Shown one piece after another: positions 10,176 through 19,870 of a stretch of 47,462 nt of DNA (position 1 is the first letter of the stretch; the number at the start of each line of letters is the position of its first letter). Under the pieces are notes generated by a model. It was not told the origin of the DNA and did not search any database. It saw nothing but the letters and a program-made list of their open reading frames with translations. Made by a program: the position numbers and the translations under genes. The DNA is from Acidobacteriota bacterium (GTDB lineage: Bacteria; Actinomycetota; Actinomycetes; S36-B12; CAIYMF01), in contig JANWJC010000105.1 of NCBI GenBank assembly GCA_025449595.1, positions 1 through 47,462 of the forward strand, read 5' to 3'.

Positions 10176-10421
10176 ATGACGTCCGCGACGGTCACCAGCA
10201 AGGGGCAAGTCACCATCCCGGTTGACGTGCGCACCAAGCTCGGCCTGCGGCCGGGCTCGCGCCTCGCGTTCGTACCCACTGCAACCGGCGGGTACGAAAT
10301 CCACTCGGAGGCCGCATCAGTCAAGGACCTGAAGGGGTCCGTGCCCCGACCGTCGTCGCCGGTCAGCATCGATGAGATGGCTGACGCGATCGCCACGGCG
10401 GCAACCGCCGATGCCATGTGA
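10176..10421 (+). CDS. vapB: AbrB/SpoVT-fold antitoxin (VapB-type)
   Basis: 81 aa. SKGQVTIPVDVRTKLGLRPGSRL is the swapped-hairpin AbrB/MazE motif. Strong SD, and a 4-nt overlap with the toxin gene. Confidence 0.85.
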   Translation: MTSATVTSKGQVTIPVDVRTKLGLRPGSRLAFVPTATGGYEIHSEAASVKDLKGSVPRPSSPVSIDEMADAIATAATADAM

Positions 10422-10825
10422 TCGGGCTCGACACCAACGTCGTCATCCGATATCTGGTCCAAGACGATCCGGACCAGTCGCCGATCGCGACTGAGCTGAT
10501 CGACCAGTTGACCGAGACCGACCCCGGTTACCTCAGCCTGGTGACCGTGGTCGAGCTGTACTGGGTCTTACGCCGCGCCTACAAAGTTCCTGCTACCCGA
10601 TGCGTGGAGTTGCTCGAGGGACTACTGGACGCGCGGGAGCTGCGCATCGACCGAGACGCGATCGTGCGGGCCGCCTTGACCGTTACCCGCGGCGGCCATG
10701 ACTTCGCAGACGCTGTCATCGCCGAGCTGGGTCGGACCGCCGGCTGCGACCGCACGGCGACCTTCGACCAGCGGGCGGCAGGAGACGGTGCGATGCAGCT
10801 GCTCCTTGCACAGCGATCTGACTAG
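10418..10825 (+). CDS. vapC: PIN-domain ribonuclease toxin (VapC-type)
   Basis: 135 aa. The N-terminal LDTNVVIRYL acidic motif and the later D-x-x-I (FADAVIA) acidic residues are typical of PIN. GTGA overlap with vapB. Confidence 0.85.
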   Translation: MIGLDTNVVIRYLVQDDPDQSPIATELIDQLTETDPGYLSLVTVVELYWVLRRAYKVPATRCVELLEGLLDARELRIDRDAIVRAALTVTRGGHDFADAVIAELGRTAGCDRTATFDQRAAGDGAMQLLLAQRSD

Positions 10826-10903
10826 GAGCGCTGTGCCGACTGCCGCAGCAAGGGTGAGAGTTACGTCGACATCGATCGGCTTTCGTCCGAAGTACCCAGT
10901 ACC

Positions 10904-13246
10904 TCAGAGCTTTTGGACGGGGGCGTAGCGCAGCAGGAGGCGCTTCTCGCCGTCGATGCCGAAGTCGATAGTTGCCTCGGCGCGCTCTCCCGCCCCGGAC
11001 GTCGACACAACGGTGCCGAGCCCCCACTTGTCGTGGGTGACGCGTTCGCCGGGCACCAGGGAGATGACCTCGCGGTTGCCCGGTGAGCGCACCCCGGGCC
11101 GGGTCGCGGCGACCAGCGACGGGGCGCTGCCGTAGCCGCCCTCTGAGGGCGGGCGACCCGAGCCGATCGGGTCGGTACGGCGCCAGTCGAGCAGCTCAGC
11201 CGGCAGCTCGTCCAGGAACCGGGAGGCCGGGAAGTACGACGGCGCACCCCACGCCGAACGGGCCACCGAACGGCTGACGTAGAGCCGGCGCTGCGCCCGG
11301 GTGATGCCGACGTACGCCAGCCGGCGCTCCTCCTCCAGCTCCTTGGGGTCGGCCAGCGAGCGCATGTGCGGGAAGACCCCGTCCTCCAGCCCGGTGAGGA
11401 AAACTGTCGGGAACTCCAGGCCCTTGGCCGTGTGCAGGGTCATCAGCGTGACGACACCGCCGTGCTCCTCGGCGTCGGGGATCTCGTCGGAGTCCGCGAC
11501 GAGGGAGACCCGTTCCAGGAACTCGCTCAACGTCCCCTCGGGCTGGTCGTTCTCGAACTCCCGGGCCACCGACTCCAGCTCGGCGAGGTTCTCCACCCGC
11601 GTCTCGTCCTGCGGGTCGCTGCTGGTGCGCAGCTCGGCGAGATAACCGGTCTGCTCCAGCACTGCGACGAGCACGGTGGCAGGCCCGGCGCCGGCCTCGA
11701 CCAGGGTGCGCAGGTCGGTCATGAGTCGCACGAACGCGGTGATCGCCGTGAGCGACCGCGTGGCCAACCCCGGAGCTTCCTGCGCCCGCAGCAGCGCCGC
11801 ACCGAACGAGATCCGCTCCTGCTGCGCGAGGACCTCGACGCAGGCCTCGGCCCGGTCGCCGATGCCGCGCCGCGGGGTGTTGAGGATGCGCCGCAGCGAC
11901 ACGACGTCGTCAGGGTTGGCCAGCACCCGCAGGTACGCCACGGCGTCGCGGACCTCTCGGCGTTCGTAGAACCGCACTCCCCCAACGACTTTGTACGGTA
12001 GCCCGACACGTACGAATACCTCTTCGAGGGCTCGGGACTGCGCGTTGGTCCGGTAGAAGACGGCGACCTCTCGCGGGGGCAGACCGTCCTCGTCCTGGAG
12101 GCGGTCGATCTCACCGGCGATGAACGCCGCCTCGTCGTGCTCGTCGTCGGCGACGTATCCCACGATCTTGGCACCGTCACCGGCGTCGCTCCAGAGCCGT
12201 TTCACGCGGCGCGCCGCGTTCCTGGCGATCACGGAGTTCGCAGCCGTGAGGATCGTCTGGGTCGAGCGGTAGTTCTGCTCAAGGACGATCGTGCTCGCCG
12301 ACGGGTAGTCCCGTTCGAACTCCTCGATGTTGCGGATCGTCGCACCGCGGAACGCGTAGATGCTCTGGTCCGCGTCTCCGACGACGACGAGCTGGGCCGG
12401 GGGTACTCCGACGTCGTGGGTGCCCGGGCCGCCCACGAGCTCGTGGACCAGCACGTACTGCGCGTGGTTGGTGTCCTGGTATTCATCGACGAGCACGTGC
12501 CGGAACCGGCGGCGGTAGTGCTCAGCGACGTCCGGAAACAGCTGCAGCACAGCGACTGTCGCACCGATAAGGTCGTCGAAGTCGAAGGCGTTCGCCTGCT
12601 TGAGCCGGCGCTGGTATTCGGTGTATGCCTCTGCCAGGACCTTCTCGTGATGGTTCTCGGCGCGCCCGCTGAACGTCTCGTGATCGACGAGCTCGTTCTT
12701 GAGGTTGGACACCTGCGCGGTGAAGGAACGCGGTGGGTAGCGCTTCGGGTCGAGGTCGAGGTCCCGGCACACCAACGTCATGAGGCGCAGCGAGTCGGTG
12801 CTGTCGTATATCGAGAACGAGGAGGCGATGCCGAGGCGCCCGGCCTCACGGCGCAGGATGCGTACGCACGCCGAGTGGAAAGTCGAGACCCACATCGCGC
12901 GGGCCCGCGGTCCGACGAGTTCGGCGACCCGCTCACGCATCTCACCGGCGGCCTTGTTGGTGAACGTGATCGCCAGGATCTCCCCCGGCCGGGCGTCGCC
13001 GGTCGCGAGCAGGTGCGCGATCCGGCGGGTGAGCACCCGGGTCTTGCCCGACCCCGCTCCGGCCACGATGAGCAACGGCCCGCCGCGGTGCTCGACCGCT
13101 TCGCGTTGCTGGGGGTTCAGGTCGGACACGAGGGCGTCGATTCGCTCGCCGACCTGCTCCGCGGACCCCCGCTCGGGCGCGGCGGTCGCCGGTGAGCGGC
13201 GCGGCGGGGGGCCGGGGAACGAGAGGTCGTCGAAGAGCGTGCTCAT
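10904..13246 (-). CDS. pcrA: ATP-dependent DNA helicase, UvrD/PcrA family
   Basis: About 780 aa. Walker A AGAGSGKTRVLT, DEYQDTN, and VGDADQSIYAFRGA, followed by a C-terminal Tudor-like tail (GERVTHDKWGLGTV). ATG at 13246 is preferred over the adjacent GTG at 13249. Confidence 0.93.
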   Translation of the reverse strand: MSTLFDDLSFPGPPPRRSPATAAPERGSAEQVGERIDALVSDLNPQQREAVEHRGGPLLIVAGAGSGKTRVLTRRIAHLLATGDARPGEILAITFTNKAAGEMRERVAELVGPRARAMWVSTFHSACVRILRREAGRLGIASSFSIYDSTDSLRLMTLVCRDLDLDPKRYPPRSFTAQVSNLKNELVDHETFSGRAENHHEKVLAEAYTEYQRRLKQANAFDFDDLIGATVAVLQLFPDVAEHYRRRFRHVLVDEYQDTNHAQYVLVHELVGGPGTHDVGVPPAQLVVVGDADQSIYAFRGATIRNIEEFERDYPSASTIVLEQNYRSTQTILTAANSVIARNAARRVKRLWSDAGDGAKIVGYVADDEHDEAAFIAGEIDRLQDEDGLPPREVAVFYRTNAQSRALEEVFVRVGLPYKVVGGVRFYERREVRDAVAYLRVLANPDDVVSLRRILNTPRRGIGDRAEACVEVLAQQERISFGAALLRAQEAPGLATRSLTAITAFVRLMTDLRTLVEAGAGPATVLVAVLEQTGYLAELRTSSDPQDETRVENLAELESVAREFENDQPEGTLSEFLERVSLVADSDEIPDAEEHGGVVTLMTLHTAKGLEFPTVFLTGLEDGVFPHMRSLADPKELEEERRLAYVGITRAQRRLYVSRSVARSAWGAPSYFPASRFLDELPAELLDWRRTDPIGSGRPPSEGGYGSAPSLVAATRPGVRSPGNREVISLVPGERVTHDKWGLGTVVSTSGAGERAEATIDFGIDGEKRLLLRYAPVQKL

Positions 13247-13321
13247 CACACCCGAGTCTAGGTGCAGCCCACCGACGGCCGGGCCGGCCCGGGCCGGCAG
13301 CGGACGAGCCAGGCGGGCGCG

Positions 13322-16300
13322 TCAGGCGTCCGGGGCCAGGAAGTACCCCTGCACGTCGGCGACCACGTGCACGGTGCCCGCGGACCCGTTGTGGATCACA
13401 ACCTGCCCGTCGCCGTCCAGCCCGGACACCACCGCGTTGGGCAGGGTGGCACCGGCCGTGAAGTTCAGGTTCGAGCTCGAGGTGACCGCGCGCGGACCCA
13501 CCGACAGCCAGCCGCCGGACTGCGCGTTGGCCACGGTCACGTTGAGCGTCACCGCCGACGCGCCCGCCGGGACCGGCGACCCGGTCACCCCGGCCACGCG
13601 CACCACCAGCGACGCGCCGCGAGCCAGGGCGAAACGGACCGCGTTGGCCGTGGTTCCCACGCGTGTGTCCAGCACCCGGGCCGGCGACACCGCTTGATAC
13701 ATCGCGCCGGCACCGGCCAGGTAGAAGCCCTGCACGTCGGCGATCACCTCTGCCGGGCCGGCCGACCCGTTGTGGATCACGACCCGCCCGTCGGCGTCGA
13801 GTGCGGACACCACCAGGTTCGAGACCGTACCGCCGGCAGTGAGGTTCAAGTTCGAGCTCGTCGTCACCACCTGCGGACCCACCGACACCCACCCGCCACT
13901 GCGGGCCTGCACCGTCACGTTGAGGGCCACCGCGGACGCACCCGCCGGCACCGGCGAACCAGCGACGCCGGCCACCCGTACGACGACCGACTGTCCCGCC
14001 TGCACAGACGTACGAACAGGGTTCGCTGTGACTCCAACGCGGGTGTCGAGGACGCGCGTCGGAGTCGTCGGCTGATACATCGATCCGCTGTCCACCCGGT
14101 AGTAGCCCTGCACGTCGGCCAGGACCTGCACTGTCCCGGCAGAACCGTTGTGGATCACGACGCGACCGCTGCCGTCGAGGGCCGAGACCACCAGGTTCGC
14201 CACCGTGGTGCCGGGAGTGACGTTCAGGTTGGAGCTGGTGGTGACCGCCTGCGGGCCGACGGACACCCAACCGGCGACCTTGGCCTGCGTCACCGTCACG
14301 TTCAACGCCACCGCGGAGGCGCCTGCCGGGACCGGGGAGCCGCTGACGTCCGTGATCCGCACCGTCAGGGAAGCACCAGCCGCGATCGGGGTGCTGACCG
14401 GGTTCGCCGTTGTGCCGTAACGGGTGTCGAGGACGCGGGACGGGGCGACCGGTTGGTAGTAGCTGCACGCGGGGCGGGCCGAAAGGGCGCTGTCGGGCAG
14501 CAGTACCGGATCGGTGCCCGCTGATGTCGTGACCCGGCACGGTCCCGTGAACTGCCACGTGTTCCCGGACGGCAGTGCCCGCACCTGCGTCCCCACAGCA
14601 GGCGCAGCGGCCAGGTGGGCCGCCGGATTCGTGCGGTTGGCAAGCACCCATGCGTCGACACCGACCGCGGGCTGCGGACCGCCGTACACGCTCCAGGACG
14701 CGACCGGCAACGGCGCGCCGCCGGCGACCACGAAGAAGCCCTTGCTCACGACGTCCTGCAGGAACGTCCCGTCGGCCGGCACTGCGGACAGGTGCGCCGC
14801 CGGATTCGTGATGTTGGCGAAGGCCCAGTGGTCCAGCCCCACGCTCGCCTTGGTCCCGCCGAACACGCTCCAGGTGCTCACGTAAAGCGGAGCGCCGCCG
14901 GCCATCCGGAAGATCTCTTTGGTGGTCATGTCACGGACGAACGTCCCGTCGGCCGGGACCGCGTTCAGGTGCGTCAGCGGGCTGGCGATGTTCACCAGGT
15001 TCCAGTGGTCGATGTCGACCGACGGCTGCTGACCGCCGACGTTGTCCCACGACCTGACGTAGACCGGAGCACCCCCGGCCACCCGGAACACCTCGCCGGT
15101 GCTCGCGTCACGCAGGAAGGTGCCGTCGCGCGGGCGCGACAGCAGGGCGGCGAACTGCGCCGCGCTCAGGACCGTCACGGGTTGCTGACCGCCGACCGCG
15201 CTCCAGGAGCTCACATAGATCGGGGCTCCGCCCGCCATCCGGTAGACGGGCGCTGTGCCGGCGGCCTGCACGAACGCCCCGTCGGCCGCCGGGTTGCTCG
15301 GGGGCGGGCTGGTCGTCGCGGCCACCGCGACGAGCCCGAGGCCGAGCAGGCGGACGTACGCCTGGCCGGCGTTCACGGACACGTCGACCACACCGGCCGT
15401 GCTGATCGGCAGCTTCACGACCGTCCCGGCCTTGAGCACCCCGATCGGGGCCGTGGCCACCGTGTCCAGGAACAGCGAGCCGGGGGCGTTCGAGTCGTAC
15501 CGGTCGACGCGTACCTGCAGCTCGTACCGCGAGCCCGCCGGCGCCGGCGGCACCGGGACGGACACGTGCAGGGTCCGGTCATCACCGGCCCAGCGCTCCG
15601 CGCCCAGTCGGCACGCGGTCTTGGCGGTGGTGCCGGCACCGGTTGCGGTATCGAGCAGAACCACGGGCGCCGCAGCGGAACCGGCGGTGGCCGCGGGCAC
15701 GGCGGCGGTGCGGCGGGCGCAGTCCGGGACCAGCACCGGTTTGCCGGTCCAGTACGACGTGGTCCCCTGGGCGCCGTCCCACGAGAACGAGAGGTGCACG
15801 TGGTCGCGGTGGCAGGTGGTGTCGTAGGACGCCGCCTTCATCTTCGGATCCGTGGTGCAGCCCTTCAGGTCCGACCACCCCAGGCCGGGGTCGTAGGCGC
15901 GCCACATCCGGTTGTCCCAGCCGATGTACATGACGCCGAGGCGACGTGCCATCGCTGCGGGGTTCCCGAACGCGTCCCGGGCCAGCAGCCACTTCAGGAA
16001 CGCATCAGCCTGCGGGCGCTGGGCCGCCGAGGTCATCCAGTCGAGGGCCCGGCCCTCCTTGTGCTCGCTCTGCCCGCCGTCGCTGCACGAGCGAGCGATC
16101 CCGATGTCGCGCGGGCCGTACGTCGTGCGCAGCAACGCCGCGAGCTTGGTCAGTCCCGGCTTTGCGGTGGCGCTGCACAGGGTCTGGCCGAGGTAGTCCG
16201 CGTACGGCTCGATCGCGGACGTGAACGTCGGGGTGGGAGGCACCGGTGGGACGACGGCCTTGGGCAGTACCAGCGCCGAGGCGACAGGCGCGGCCTGGGC

Positions 16301-16378
16301 GGGGAGCTGGGACAGCAGCGGGGCGCAGAGCGCGATGACCGCGCTCACCACCAGGATGCGCGGGCGGATCGGGTGCAT
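13322..16378 (-). CDS. Secreted multi-domain cell-wall protein. It has a signal peptide and an N-terminal LAS/VanY-like Zn-peptidase domain (SEHKEGRALDW ... HRDHVHLS). These are followed by four 58-aa repeats and three 126-aa repeats.
   Basis: Start trimmed to the ATG at 16378, preceded by GAGGAGGGG. The signal peptide is MHPIRPRILVVSAVIALCAPLLSQLPAQA. Peptidase motifs and repeats were read from the translation. Confidence 0.75.
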   Translation of the reverse strand: MHPIRPRILVVSAVIALCAPLLSQLPAQAAPVASALVLPKAVVPPVPPTPTFTSAIEPYADYLGQTLCSATAKPGLTKLAALLRTTYGPRDIGIARSCSDGGQSEHKEGRALDWMTSAAQRPQADAFLKWLLARDAFGNPAAMARRLGVMYIGWDNRMWRAYDPGLGWSDLKGCTTDPKMKAASYDTTCHRDHVHLSFSWDGAQGTTSYWTGKPVLVPDCARRTAAVPAATAGSAAAPVVLLDTATGAGTTAKTACRLGAERWAGDDRTLHVSVPVPPAPAGSRYELQVRVDRYDSNAPGSLFLDTVATAPIGVLKAGTVVKLPISTAGVVDVSVNAGQAYVRLLGLGLVAVAATTSPPPSNPAADGAFVQAAGTAPVYRMAGGAPIYVSSWSAVGGQQPVTVLSAAQFAALLSRPRDGTFLRDASTGEVFRVAGGAPVYVRSWDNVGGQQPSVDIDHWNLVNIASPLTHLNAVPADGTFVRDMTTKEIFRMAGGAPLYVSTWSVFGGTKASVGLDHWAFANITNPAAHLSAVPADGTFLQDVVSKGFFVVAGGAPLPVASWSVYGGPQPAVGVDAWVLANRTNPAAHLAAAPAVGTQVRALPSGNTWQFTGPCRVTTSAGTDPVLLPDSALSARPACSYYQPVAPSRVLDTRYGTTANPVSTPIAAGASLTVRITDVSGSPVPAGASAVALNVTVTQAKVAGWVSVGPQAVTTSSNLNVTPGTTVANLVVSALDGSGRVVIHNGSAGTVQVLADVQGYYRVDSGSMYQPTTPTRVLDTRVGVTANPVRTSVQAGQSVVVRVAGVAGSPVPAGASAVALNVTVQARSGGWVSVGPQVVTTSSNLNLTAGGTVSNLVVSALDADGRVVIHNGSAGPAEVIADVQGFYLAGAGAMYQAVSPARVLDTRVGTTANAVRFALARGASLVVRVAGVTGSPVPAGASAVTLNVTVANAQSGGWLSVGPRAVTSSSNLNFTAGATLPNAVVSGLDGDGQVVIHNGSAGTVHVVADVQGYFLAPDA
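13325..14458 (-). repeat. Three tandem coding repeats of 375-381 bp (unit boundaries 13325-13699, 13700-14077, 14078-14458), each encoding a YQ..P.RVLDTR...GYY/F module
   Basis: Aligned by hand from the translation. The same antisense ORF (MWITTRP...) recurs at 378-bp spacing in the ORF track (13770 and 14148). Confidence 0.85.
14597..15283 (-). repeat. Four tandem 52-59-aa coding repeats, DG(T/A)F(v/l)xD....(v/i)F(r/v)(m/v)AGGAP.YV..W...GG
   Basis: Hand alignment of the translation. A fifth, degenerate unit follows. Confidence 0.75.
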
Positions 16379-16498
16379 CAACCCCTCCTCGGCACGATGG
16401 CGCAACAACCTGAGCCGGAATGTTCGATCCGTGCTCAAAAACCCTTTGAACACAACAAACAACACCTTTGGAGTTCGATGTCGCCCGGCGTTGTCGGG

Positions 16499-17128
16499 TC
16501 AGTGGCCGCGTGCCACCCAGTCGTCGTACGCGGCCGCCTCGGCGCCGATGGTCGTCTCGTCGCCGTGGCCGGTCGCCACCCGCGTGTGCGCCGGCAGGGT
16601 CAGCAGCCGCTCCCGGATGGAGTCCAGGATCGTCGGGAAGTCGCTGTACGACCGGCCCGTCGCACCGGGTCCGCCGTGGAAAAGCGTGTCCCCGGACACG
16701 AGCAGGTCCAGTGTCGGCAGGTACAGGCACACGCCGCCCGGGGAGTGCCCGGGCGTGTGCAGCACCTGCACCGGGAGACCGGCCACGGACAGCTCGTCGT
16801 CGTCGGCGAGGGCCTCCGGCGTGCGGTCCGGGTGAACCACGTGGAACAGCATCAGGTCCGCCGGGTGCAGGTGCAGGCTCGCCCCGGTGCGGTCCGCGAG
16901 CTCGGCCGCCGCGTCGATGTGGTCGTTGTGCCCGTGGGTCAGGACCACTGCCACGACGCGACGACCGCCGATCGCGGTCTCGATCGCGGCAGCGTCGTGG
17001 GCGGCGTCCACGACAAGCACTTCGGCGTCGTCACCGATGAGCCAGACGTTGTTGTCGACGTCGAAGTCCTGGCCGTCGAGCGAGAACACCCCGCTGGTGA
17101 CGACACGGTCGATGCGGACCGAGCTCAT
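16499..17128 (-). CDS. MBL-fold metallo-hydrolase (glyoxalase II-like; candidate S-formylmycothiol hydrolase)
   Basis: 209 aa with the THGHNDH metal motif. ATGA overlap with the upstream dehydrogenase gene. Confidence 0.8.
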   Translation of the reverse strand: MSSVRIDRVVTSGVFSLDGQDFDVDNNVWLIGDDAEVLVVDAAHDAAAIETAIGGRRVVAVVLTHGHNDHIDAAAELADRTGASLHLHPADLMLFHVVHPDRTPEALADDDELSVAGLPVQVLHTPGHSPGGVCLYLPTLDLLVSGDTLFHGGPGATGRSYSDFPTILDSIRERLLTLPAHTRVATGHGDETTIGAEAAAYDDWVARGH

Positions 17129-18216
17129 CCGGACACCATGACGACCGAGCGCAGGACCTCGCCCTTGTGCATCTTGTCGAAGGCCGCCTCGACGTCGCCG
17201 ATCCCGATCTTCTCGCTCACGAAGTCCTGCAGCGGCAGTCGGCCCTGCAGATAGAGGTCGATGAGCATGGGGAAGTCGCGGCTGGGCAGGCAGTCGCCGT
17301 ACCAGCTGGACTTAAGGGCGCCGCCCCGACCGAAGAAGTCCAGCAACGGCAGGTCGATCCGCATGGAGGGGTCCGGGACCCCTACCAGGACGACAGTGCC
17401 GGCAAGGTCGCGAGCGTAGAACGCCTGCTCGTACGTCTCGGGTCGGCCGATGGCCTCGATGACGACGTCCGCGCCGTTGCCCTCGGTGAGGGCCTGGATC
17501 GCCTCGACCGGGTCGATCGCCCGGGAGTTGATGACGTCGGTTGCACCGAACTCCTTGGCCTTGGCCAACTTCCGGTCGTCGATGTCGACCGCGATGATCT
17601 TCCGGGCACCTGCCAGCCGAGCACCGGCGATGGCGGCGTCACCGACCCCACCGCACCCGATGACGGCGACCGAGTCGCCGCGGCTGACGTTCCCGGTGTT
17701 GATCGCCGCGCCGAGCCCGGCCATGACACCGCAGCCGAGCAGTCCCGCCACCTCCGGCGGAGCCTGCGGATCGACCTTCGTGCACTGACCGGCCGCCACC
17801 AGCGTCAGCTCTGCGAACGCGCCGATCCCGAGGGCCGGCGTGAGCTCGGTGCCGTCCTCGAGGGTCATCTTCTGCTTGGCGTTGTGGGTGTTGAAGCAGT
17901 ACTGCGGCCGGCCTCGGCGGCAGGCGCGGCACTCCCCGCACACGGCACGCCAGTTCAGGATGACGTAGTCGCCGGGCGAGACCTCCTGAACGTCCGGCCC
18001 GACCGACTCCACGACCCCCGCTGCCTCGTGACCGAGCAGGAACGGGAACTGGTCGTTGATGGCGCCCTCGCGGTAGTGCAGGTCGGTGTGACAGACGCCG
18101 CACGCCTGCACCCGTACCCGCGCCTCGCCGGGTCCGGGATCGGGGACCACGATCGTCTCGAGCGTGACGGGTGCACCCTTTGCCCGCGCGACGACACCCT
18201 TGACCTTGACCGACAT
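17125..18216 (-). CDS. mscR: Class III Zn-dependent alcohol dehydrogenase, S-(hydroxymethyl)mycothiol dehydrogenase type
   Basis: Start trimmed to the ATG at 18216 ([11 protein letters not shown]...). Motifs: [21 protein letters not shown], a structural-Zn Cys cluster [15 protein letters not shown], and GCGGVG. Confidence 0.85.
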   Translation of the reverse strand: MSVKVKGVVARAKGAPVTLETIVVPDPGPGEARVRVQACGVCHTDLHYREGAINDQFPFLLGHEAAGVVESVGPDVQEVSPGDYVILNWRAVCGECRACRRGRPQYCFNTHNAKQKMTLEDGTELTPALGIGAFAELTLVAAGQCTKVDPQAPPEVAGLLGCGVMAGLGAAINTGNVSRGDSVAVIGCGGVGDAAIAGARLAGARKIIAVDIDDRKLAKAKEFGATDVINSRAIDPVEAIQALTEGNGADVVIEAIGRPETYEQAFYARDLAGTVVLVGVPDPSMRIDLPLLDFFGRGGALKSSWYGDCLPSRDFPMLIDLYLQGRLPLQDFVSEKIGIGDVEAAFDKMHKGEVLRSVVMVSG

Positions 18217-18324
18217 CCGACGTCTCCCTTGCCCCGCGTTCCTGACCGACCGATCAGCAGACGCTACTGGACGACCCGACCGGCCTGGGCCGCCGAGGTA
18301 GGACAGCCGCCGCACCGCTCGGCT

Positions 18325-19125
18325 TCAGACCGCCTCGACCACGACGAGGATCGGCGCCAGCAGGCCGGCCCGGGTCGCGGCGATGTTGTTCTGCAGCCGA
18401 TCGACGAAGTCGGGGCCGAACACCACCTCCGGTCCGAGCCGGGCGTCCCCTCCCGCAGGCGGTCCGGCGACCGCCCCGGTCCGGTCCTGCGTGAGTGTCA
18501 CGGCGAAACCGGCAGCCTCCAGCGCCGCCACGTACTCCTCGAGCGTCTCGACGAACGATGAGCTGTCGTCGTCGGCCCAGGGCAGCGGGTACGGCAGGTC
18601 CCCGTCACGTACGCGAATCTGTTCGAAGAGCCCGAACCGGCCACCGGTACGCAGCACCCGACGGACCTCGGCGAACGTCGCGCTCTTGTCCGGCAGGTTC
18701 ATCCCGACATGGATCATCATCGCCCGATCGAAGGAGCCGTCGGCGAACCGGAGCGATTCCGCGGAGGTCGTCTCGAACGTGACCCGGCCGCTCAGTCGGA
18801 CGCGATCGGTCAGTGCCGTCGCGGTCGCGACGAACTCGGGAGTCAGGTCGATGCCCGTGACCTGGCTGCCGCGGGCCCCTGCCACCCGCGCCGGGCCACC
18901 GATCCCGCACCCGACATCGAGCAGTCGCGACCCGGACCCGAGGTCGAGCTGAGTCAGCAGATGTTCAGTCGCAGGCAATCCGCCGGCGTGCAGCTCGTCC
19001 ACCGCGGACAGGTCGGCCACTGTGAGCGCGTCGATGTCGACGCCTGCTACGGCCAGGGCGCCGATGATCGAGCCCTCGAGGTCTCGGCCCCCATAGTGCC
19101 CTTTGACGATCTCGGCAACATCCAC
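18325..19125 (-). CDS. Class I SAM-dependent methyltransferase
   Basis: 266 aa. The LLDVGCGIGGPA motif I and downstream Methyltransf_11-like blocks. Confidence 0.8.
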   Translation of the reverse strand: MDVAEIVKGHYGGRDLEGSIIGALAVAGVDIDALTVADLSAVDELHAGGLPATEHLLTQLDLGSGSRLLDVGCGIGGPARVAGARGSQVTGIDLTPEFVATATALTDRVRLSGRVTFETTSAESLRFADGSFDRAMMIHVGMNLPDKSATFAEVRRVLRTGGRFGLFEQIRVRDGDLPYPLPWADDDSSSFVETLEEYVAALEAAGFAVTLTQDRTGAVAGPPAGGDARLGPEVVFGPDFVDRLQNNIAATRAGLLAPILVVVEAV

Positions 19126-19264
19126 GGCTAACCTCCGCGATCGACACTACCCACGGCAGCGAGCCCCGGCAGCAAGTTCACCGAAGCGGGTGTCACCGGT
19201 TCATCACGACTCCGAGCATCCGCAGCGCCGAAGCTGCGTGGGTCGACGGACCACGCGGCACGAT

Positions 19265-19663
19265 GTGACTGTGGATGACGACGTGATTGGTCTCGCCTCG
19301 AACTGGTGGCGTTTCGTGAGGCTCTCGGCGAGCGAACAGCGAGCAGACCGGCTCGTGGCTGAGGCATCAGCCGACGTGGTCGGAGACGTAGACGAGATTC
19401 TGAGTCGGGCCAACGATGATTCGATTGCCATCATTGATGCGCTGCTGCGGTTTCCCGAAGCGGAGCCAGACAAGGTGGGTGCGGGCCCCTTTGAGGACCT
19501 GATCAGTGAGAGCGGCGAGATTCTCGGCGAGCGAATCGCGGTGCTGGCACGGCAGGACCCGCTGTGGCGGGAGGCCGCAGGTTACGTCGGGCTCGCCGAC
19601 GCTGAGGCCCGCCGGGTGCCCGACCTCGTGCCATTCCTCCGGAAGTCACCACCGCGGGAATGA
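19265..19663 (+). CDS. Hypothetical acidic protein, about 130 aa, of unknown function
   Basis: An open frame with codon usage plausible for the host. The first 54 codons of the track ORF overlap the methyltransferase start and look non-coding, so the start is placed at the GTG at 19265. No family was recognised with confidence. Confidence 0.4.
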   Translation: MTVDDDVIGLASNWWRFVRLSASEQRADRLVAEASADVVGDVDEILSRANDDSIAIIDALLRFPEAEPDKVGAGPFEDLISESGEILGERIAVLARQDPLWREAAGYVGLADAEARRVPDLVPFLRKSPPRE

Positions 19664-19870
19664 CCAGGCTCGTGGCAGGCGATGTGAAATGGTGTGGTGC
19701 CACACGGCTGATTTCTCGGGTTGAACCGGCTTGTTCGGCTCCGGCGATCAAGCCAGCCCACGTGGGTAACCGTCGGGATCGACGGAACAGCATCGAAATC
19801 AGGCACCCGTGCCACTTCCATGTTTTCGACGGTGCGACCGCGACACCACCCGTCAACACTCGACGGTTGG

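Noticed and set aside
10904-13246. UvrD-family helicase next to a toxin-antitoxin pair as a possible defence system
   Set aside because: The helicase is full-length PcrA/UvrD1 type with a Tudor-like C-terminal tail. It sits in the conserved uvrD-sucCD-purNH neighbourhood. There is no nuclease or other defence-type partner, and the VapBC pair is on the opposite strand.
13279-13292. GC-only 14-bp palindrome CCGGGCCGGCCCGG downstream of the wall-peptidase gene as a terminator
   Set aside because: It gives only a 5-bp stem with a 4-nt loop. Such GC palindromes arise easily at this base composition, so it is not convincing on its own.
16379-16498. Possible ydaO/c-di-AMP-type riboswitch upstream of the secreted wall peptidase. 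The leader is unusually A/T-rich (aaaggtgttgtttgttgtgttcaaagggttttt on the coding strand).
   Set aside because: The available leader is too short (about 90-120 nt), and I see none of the conserved pseudo-two-fold elements. It is more simply a promoter region plus the 3' end of the upstream gene.
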